Assembly: GCF_963921235.1 (NCBI RefSeq)
Contig: NC_086097.1
Coordinates: 250,234,001 to 250,298,000, forward strand
From: Mobula hypostoma
Taxonomy: Eukaryota
Direction of reading: 5' to 3'
Length of the DNA stretch: 64,000 nt
Below the pieces are notes generated by a model. That model saw nothing but the letters and a program-made list of their open reading frames with translations, was not told the origin of the DNA and searched no databases. Below, in pieces: positions 61,701 to 64,000 of this stretch. Position 1 is the first letter of the stretch; the number at the start of each line of letters is the position of its first letter. Position numbers and translations under genes: made by a program.

Positions 61701-63286
61701 TCTGAGTCGTCTGAAAACTTCGAGCCTCCGATCAGCTCTCCGACACCGAGTACCAAGCACCATCTCTATCCGAGCGATTCGACCTCAATCTCAGTCGCCA
61801 ATAGCAGGCAAAGCCGGGGATTTTGAGGCCTTTCCTCCGGAAGATTCATGATCGCTCAGTAACGACAGCAGCGAACTGGCGTTTCAGAAATTTCTCCAGA
61901 TGTTCCTCTGTGCTTTCACGTCTGTCTCCATCAAATCAGCATTGTCCACGGCCCCTATTTAACGGACACGATATCATTTTCACCGGAGGGTTGCACACGC
62001 ACAGCGCACTGCACTCTTTCCTCCCACCGAATTATTTGATAATATGGAAATGATGATGGTGTGTAAAGCCATTAATCAGCTGGTAACATAGCTGTATAAT
62101 CCTCTGATTGTATGACACTCAACATTCAGTAGTGAAACCTTCAGGGTCATTTCCACAATAATGTCTGTTGTCCTTTTTGATGCCTATGGACCCCTTCTCA
62201 GAATAATATACTTAAATATATAAAACAAAATACATAGGATTACAAAAGAAACTGTTGTTTCTTTAAAATTTTCTTTAAAGAAATTCGATATTGAGGGAGA
62301 GTGCAGAGCACACACCAGCACAGCTGTGTGCTGGATATTCAACTGAACTTTATTGATAATGCTGCTTGTACAAATGTGAGCTCCTCCCACGTGGGAGCGA
62401 CTAATTGAGTGGCATAGGATTAACCCATTAACTACCATTTATATTGAAATACAGTTATCAAAATATTAAAAAGCCAGATTTGTCATATAGTGATATACTG
62501 TATGTGCTTCTTTATTAAAACATTAAATAACAAGACAATAAATTTAAAATGACATTTTATTTTTTAAAGACATATCAGTGTGAAGACTGTTTTTGCTTAG
62601 CATGAAAAAGAACATTAAGCTGTAGGGTGGTCTTTGACCAATGAACACGCATGTCATGTTGGACGACTAATCGTAGGGTTGCCCGATAGTTGTCCAGCTA
62701 CGTGGCACAAGCATCCGCACACAGCAAGGCTGTGATCACGTTCAATCCAGCAGCGGGTCTAATAACTACTGTAATTTTGAAGTAGTGGTGAGTGTATCAG
62801 CTGTAAATAATATTTTGAGATATTTTTAACAATGATGATGTGATATGAAAATATCTGTGATTTCTATCGGTGACAAAGTCACAGGTACTGCTAATACATC
62901 TGTGGTTTGTTGCCCACATTCATCATTGAAGGAAATGCTGCATTTCAGTTAGAGGTCAGTGAAAATAAAGATGTAAATTTTTCCCCATCCAAGTTGGTGG
63001 ACGACCTAGACTCCAGGTTAAGAACCCTTGGTCTATTGATAGTGTTTTGTGAGGTATTTTGTGGTTACATTTTAATGCAATGTTAAATAAAATGTGTTGT
63101 TTTCATGAGCTGTTTTCTCTCTCTCTCTCTCTGTTCTGGTTGACACTGAGCAGAAGTGTGGAACCATTTTCACAAGGTGGTACTGAAGCGACTAGCAACG
63201 GAACGGAATGGAATTAATGTTCTCAGTGGACCTGTCTTTGATTATGATCATGATGGTCTTTATGATACAGTGGATAAAATTAAACG
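10662..63286 (+). CDS. ENPP2: ENPP2/autotaxin-type ectonucleotide pyrophosphatase/phosphodiesterase, partial (13 internal exons: 10662-10734, 22711-22819, 29235-29360, 32711-32742, 38763-38890, 43075-43162, 45074-45161, 46031-46200, 48498-48546, 52489-52628, 54375-54510, 59611-59688, 63154-63286)
   Basis: The exons splice into one open frame of 1350 nt with AG/GT boundaries. The peptides match autotaxin motifs: YSEQPDxx[92 protein letters not shown] and the EF-hand DYDHDGLYD. Exon sizes agree with my recollection of the mammalian ENPP2 structure. Confidence 0.95.
10922..10957 (+). repeat. (TGGGGG)6 microsatellite
   Basis: Six perfect units read directly. Confidence 0.95.
11280..11770 (+). 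mobile_element. CR1/HER1-type LINE 3' end, young
   Basis: Open ORF2 C-terminus ([30 protein letters not shown]...TRGHSLRI...FFTQRVV), 3' UTR and (ctattgt)n tail. Many similar 3' fragments occur through the window, e.g. ~1950-2140, 8130-8480, 11900-12225, 19420-19990, 25060-25520, 31510-31850, 53700-54235, 57080-57600. Confidence 0.9.
13922..15773. mobile_element. Tc1/mariner-type non-autonomous element interrupted by Rex1 pieces
   Basis: TIRs actcagtggccactttattag / ctaataaagtggccacggagtg flanked by TA; a shorter copy of the same family is at 23102-23421. Confidence 0.8.
14197..15397 (+). mobile_element. Rex1/Babar LINE RT fragment
   Basis: [65 protein letters not shown]...[12 protein letters not shown]; frameshifted. 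Confidence 0.9.
18790..19295 (-). mobile_element. Penelope-like element 3' fragment (end of GIY-YIG, polypyrimidine tract, terminal repeat)
   Basis: Homologous to 47500-48070; similar minus-strand fragments at ~7110-7600, 29895-30423, 43998-44700 and 52715-53130. Confidence 0.75.
20862..21456 (+). mobile_element. Hero-type non-LTR retrotransposon 3' fragment with restriction-like endonuclease
   Basis: [46 protein letters not shown]...KLSKY..L......GW...[10 protein letters not shown], a PD-(D/E)xK-type RLE; one stop codon (probably CGA>TGA) and a likely late frameshift. Confidence 0.85.
22711..22819 (+). CDS. ENPP2: ENPP2 exon (109 bp): [36 protein letters not shown](G)
   Basis: tttag|CTG...CACG|gtaaga; GDHG Zn-binding motif; missed by the ORF track. 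Confidence 0.96.
23102..23421. mobile_element. Tc1/mariner-type MITE
   Basis: TIRs actcagtggccactttatt / aataaagtggccactg with TA flanks; same family as 13922-15773. Confidence 0.8.
23440..24110 (-). mobile_element. ~620 bp non-autonomous retroelement, diverged subfamily
   Basis: Shares both ends with 9171-9798; (TCTAA)n tail on the minus strand. Confidence 0.8.
25635..25936 (+). mobile_element. tRNA-derived SINE with CORE-like centre
   Basis: A box TGGCCAAGTGG (25642-25652), B-box-like AGTTCGATTCT (25686-25696), then gtgtccttgagcaaggcacttaacc. Confidence 0.75.
26713..27076 (+). mobile_element. ~360 bp SINE-like family with RTE/BovB-like 3' tail; copies also at ~24487-24875(+), 42306-42648(+), ~63912-64000(-)
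   Basis: Multi-copy; tail gaaggcaatggcaaaccacttc...ccaagaacaatcat followed by (ATG)n; 11-bp TSD ACCCTTAACCT at 26702-26712 and 27077-27087. Confidence 0.8.
27258..28050 (-). mobile_element. ~790 bp non-coding retroelement-like insert with tttgaa-type tail
   Basis: Minus-strand 3' end (ctgacattaaatgtacctttgaa) resembles the Rex1-associated tails elsewhere in the window; abuts a CR1 fragment. Confidence 0.55.
29235..29360 (+). CDS. ENPP2: ENPP2 exon (126 bp): (G)[41 protein letters not shown]
   Basis: taaag|GA...AGAT|gtgagt; phase 1-1. Confidence 0.95.
29696..31054 (-). mobile_element. Tigger/pogo-derived non-autonomous element with nested PLE fragment (29895-30423)
   Basis: Degenerate TIRs cagtgcactctggttaact / aattagctgaaatccactg; homologous to 43182-43943; the nested insert is flanked by AAAACTGTG/AAAACTATG. 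Confidence 0.75.
29990..30027 (-). ncRNA. Minimal type I hammerhead ribozyme motif (PLE-associated), best-preserved core
   Basis: Minus strand reads CAAUC CUGAUGA A GGGU CUCA GCCC GAAAC GUU GACUG: intact CUGANGA/GAAA core, helix II, NUH site, helix I with one mismatch. Confidence 0.7.
32711..32742 (+). CDS. ENPP2: ENPP2 short exon (32 bp): (Y)[10 protein letters not shown]
   Basis: ttttcacag|AT...ACT|gtgagt; NLT sequon; joins both neighbours in frame. Confidence 0.93.
32880..34190 (-). mobile_element. Rex1/Babar LINE fragment
   Basis: [38 protein letters not shown]...NSFFPQA in minus-strand ORFs. Confidence 0.88.
34845..35105. mobile_element. Foldback PLE terminal-repeat element; similar at ~2188-2270, 39310-39520, 56300-56740, 58205-58435
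   Basis: ~90-bp inverted arms (tgcagatgctggaaatccaaagcaacacacacaaaatgctggaggaac... / ...gttcctccagcattttgtgtgtgttgcttggatttccagcacctgca) around partial hammerhead motifs. Confidence 0.8.
35698..38485 (-). mobile_element. Long CR1/HER1 LINE ORF2 fragment with nested inserts
   Basis: [17 protein letters not shown]...[11 protein letters not shown]...[12 protein letters not shown]...[13 protein letters not shown] and [11 protein letters not shown]...KFANDTK; inserts at ~36367-36690 and 37726-37918. Confidence 0.92.
37726..37918. mobile_element. Foldback PLE-derived mini-element
   Basis: Inverted arms; 13-bp TSD CATTAAGTACCTC at 37713-37725 and 37919-37931, splitting a CR1 ORF. Confidence 0.85.
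38763..38890 (+). CDS. ENPP2: ENPP2 exon (128 bp): [42 protein letters not shown](R)
   Basis: ttttcag|TGT...GCAAG|gtattt. Confidence 0.96.
39520..40935 (+). mobile_element. CR1/HER1 LINE RT fragment
   Basis: [33 protein letters not shown] motifs and typical 3' UTR. Confidence 0.9.
41287..42065 (+). mobile_element. CR1/HER1 LINE 3' fragment with open 228-aa ORF2 C-terminus
   Basis: [24 protein letters not shown]...[10 protein letters not shown]...TRGH; 3' UTR ends in a ttctatg-like tail. Confidence 0.92.
43075..43162 (+). CDS. ENPP2: ENPP2 exon (88 bp): (R)[29 protein letters not shown]
   Basis: tatttag|A...CAG|gtagga; the His of GDHGYDN is a Zn ligand. Confidence 0.95.
43182..43943 (-). 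mobile_element. Tigger/pogo-derived non-autonomous element
   Basis: TIRs tggattctggttaattggg / cccaattaaccagaatcca with TA flanks; residual peptide [16 protein letters not shown] resembles the pogo transposase C-terminal motif. Confidence 0.8.
44832..44898. mobile_element. Tiny hAT-type MITE (caggggYtcccaa...ggttgggaacccctg); relatives at ~4863-4910, 21468-21542, 29117-29182, 58070-58150
   Basis: Short TIR-bounded repeats seen several times. Confidence 0.6.
45074..45161 (+). CDS. ENPP2: ENPP2 exon (88 bp): [29 protein letters not shown]
   Basis: cttcag|ACT...TGCG|gtaagc. Confidence 0.96.
46031..46200 (+). CDS. ENPP2: ENPP2 exon (170 bp): (D)[56 protein letters not shown]
   Basis: ttacag|AT...AGG|gtcaga; conserved NGT sequon and GCTC motif. 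Confidence 0.93.
46819..48073 (+). mobile_element. Penelope-like element, 5'-truncated: RT thumb + GIY-YIG endonuclease + terminal repeat
   Basis: [13 protein letters not shown]...ERGFP, C...[34 protein letters not shown]; direct repeat AACCAGAGTT at 46809-46818 and 48074-48083 splitting a minus-strand CR1. Confidence 0.92.
47928..47965 (+). ncRNA. Minimal hammerhead ribozyme motif in the PLE terminal repeat
   Basis: UAGUC CUGACGA A GGGU CUCA GCCU GAAAC AUC GACUG; core intact, helix-III palindrome altered (ACGU>ACAU). Confidence 0.65.
48498..48546 (+). CDS. ENPP2: ENPP2 exon (49 bp): [16 protein letters not shown]
   Basis: tttctag|AAT...GAAG|gtggga; similar to mammalian NKLDELNKRL; phase 0-1 fits the neighbouring exons. 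Confidence 0.88.
48564..49167 (-). mobile_element. ~620 bp non-autonomous retroelement copy
   Basis: Closely similar to 9171-9798 in reverse orientation. Confidence 0.85.
49315..50112 (+). mobile_element. CR1/HER1 LINE 3' fragment
   Basis: Homologous to the 3' half of 39520-40935; typical ggcctaattctgctcctat tail. Confidence 0.85.
50883..51851. mobile_element. hAT-type non-autonomous DNA transposon
   Basis: Imperfect TIRs caggattgctcaacc / ggttgagaaaggctg; 8-bp TSD GCCTATAG/ACCTATAG; interrupts a Rex1 3' fragment. Confidence 0.75.
52489..52628 (+). CDS. ENPP2: ENPP2 exon (140 bp): (E)[46 protein letters not shown]
   Basis: cttcag|AA...CAG|gtttgt; start of the nuclease-like domain. Confidence 0.94.
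54375..54510 (+). CDS. ENPP2: ENPP2 exon (136 bp): [45 protein letters not shown]
   Basis: atgtag|GTG...CCCA|gtaagt; CVRPDxR and YGFLxPP motifs. Confidence 0.94.
55050..56085 (+). mobile_element. CR1/HER1 LINE 3' fragment with nested insert (~55670-55930)
   Basis: EQRDLG...VDRVVKK...TLVRPHME...QF peptide and a ttctatg tail. Confidence 0.8.
58921..59280 (+). repeat. 30-bp minisatellite, 12 units (GGAGGTTGGTAGGTTCTCGATTAGACAGGT)
   Basis: Twelve tandem units read directly; the array runs into a CR1 3' UTR at 59280-59405. Confidence 0.95.
59611..59688 (+). CDS. ENPP2: ENPP2 exon (78 bp): (N)[25 protein letters not shown]
   Basis: ttgcag|AT...AAAA|gtgagt; [10 protein letters not shown] motif. 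Confidence 0.95.
59755..61166 (-). mobile_element. Tc1-family transposon remnant (IR/DR-like ends)
   Basis: Minus strand encodes [13 protein letters not shown]...[26 protein letters not shown]; inverted internal repeats aagtatgtgaac (~59798) / gttcacatactt (~60954), outer repeat gttcacaaacctt (~61141). Confidence 0.88.
61407..62030 (-). mobile_element. ~620 bp non-autonomous retroelement copy
   Basis: Closely similar to 9171-9798 in reverse orientation; possible ATTATT TSD. Confidence 0.85.
62185..63030. mobile_element. Probable hAT/Charlie-type remnant
   Basis: Ends with a ccaggttaagaaccc terminal motif similar to the hAT MITE ends; begins with atggacccc as those elements do. Confidence 0.45.
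63154..63286 (+). CDS. ENPP2: ENPP2 exon (133 bp): (K)[43 protein letters not shown](R)
   Basis: gagcag|AA...AACG|gtaagc; Ca-binding EF-hand-like DYDHDGLYD. Confidence 0.95.
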
Positions 63287-64000
63287 GTAAGCCTATATTT
63301 TCTTTTCTTTTTGATAGAAGTGAATACATTTAATAGAAGTCAACAGTTTAATAGAAGTCAATACATTTTATTTATATTTCAATGATTTATTTCTTGAGAT
63401 TAACTAGTTACTAAAATAATTTTACAGTGATTAGACTGTTCAGGAGAAGTTTGGATAGGCATGTGGATGGTAGGGGTATGGAGGGCTATGGTCTGGGTGC
63501 AGGTCGCTGGGAGTAGGCAGTTTTAATCATTCAGCATGGGGCAATGGGCCTGGGGACCTGTTTCTGTGCTGTAGTTTTCTATGACTCTATGACATGAAGA
63601 AGGAGAGCTTGAAAAGCTTAAGACTAATAAATCTGACAGCAGACTAGATTTTTCCTGTGCATTTAAACCACAAAAGATCTCATGGCATTATTTGGAATCA
63701 CATCTATTACTATTGAAATATGTCATATTTTGTTTCATGTACAGTACAGGATAAACAAAAAATAATTAAAATAATAGTGTAAAAGAGGAATGGTGAAGTA
63801 GTGAATGTACACTTGATTCATTGTCCATTTGTAATTCTGATGGCAGAGGGGAAGAAGTTGTTCCTAAAACACTGAGTGTGTGTCTTCAGGCTCCTGTACT
63901 TCCTCCCTGAGCATCATCATGATGTCATGTTACATGGGCGATCATGGTCTTTCCATGACCATGATTGTTCTTGGCAAATTTTTCTACAGAAGTGGTCTGC

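Overview
Vertebrate genomic DNA. The repeat repertoire (HER1/CR1-type LINE tails, V-SINEs, Rex1, Penelope) points to an elasmobranch, probably a ray; this is inference. The window lies inside a + strand ENPP2 (autotaxin)-type gene. I traced 13 consecutive internal coding exons (10662 to 63286, 1350 nt, all GT-AG, phases compatible, no stops). They encode the C-terminal half of the phosphodiesterase domain, the linker and most of the nuclease-like domain; both gene ends lie outside the window. The introns are mostly nested transposon debris: CR1/HER1, Rex1, RTE, a Hero-type RLE fragment, Penelope-like elements (PLEs), Tc1, Tigger and hAT elements, and several SINE-like families. The most notable non-genic signal is a dispersed family of PLE terminal repeats carrying a minimal hammerhead-ribozyme motif (consensus CAGUC-CUGAUGA-A-GGGU-CUCG-GCCC-GAAAC-GUC-GACUG) that could only fold as a dimer. 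Related short foldback mini-elements have 13-bp target duplications. Most ORFs in the supplied track are spurious or transposon-derived. Repeat boundaries are approximate and family names come from motif recognition, not database searches.
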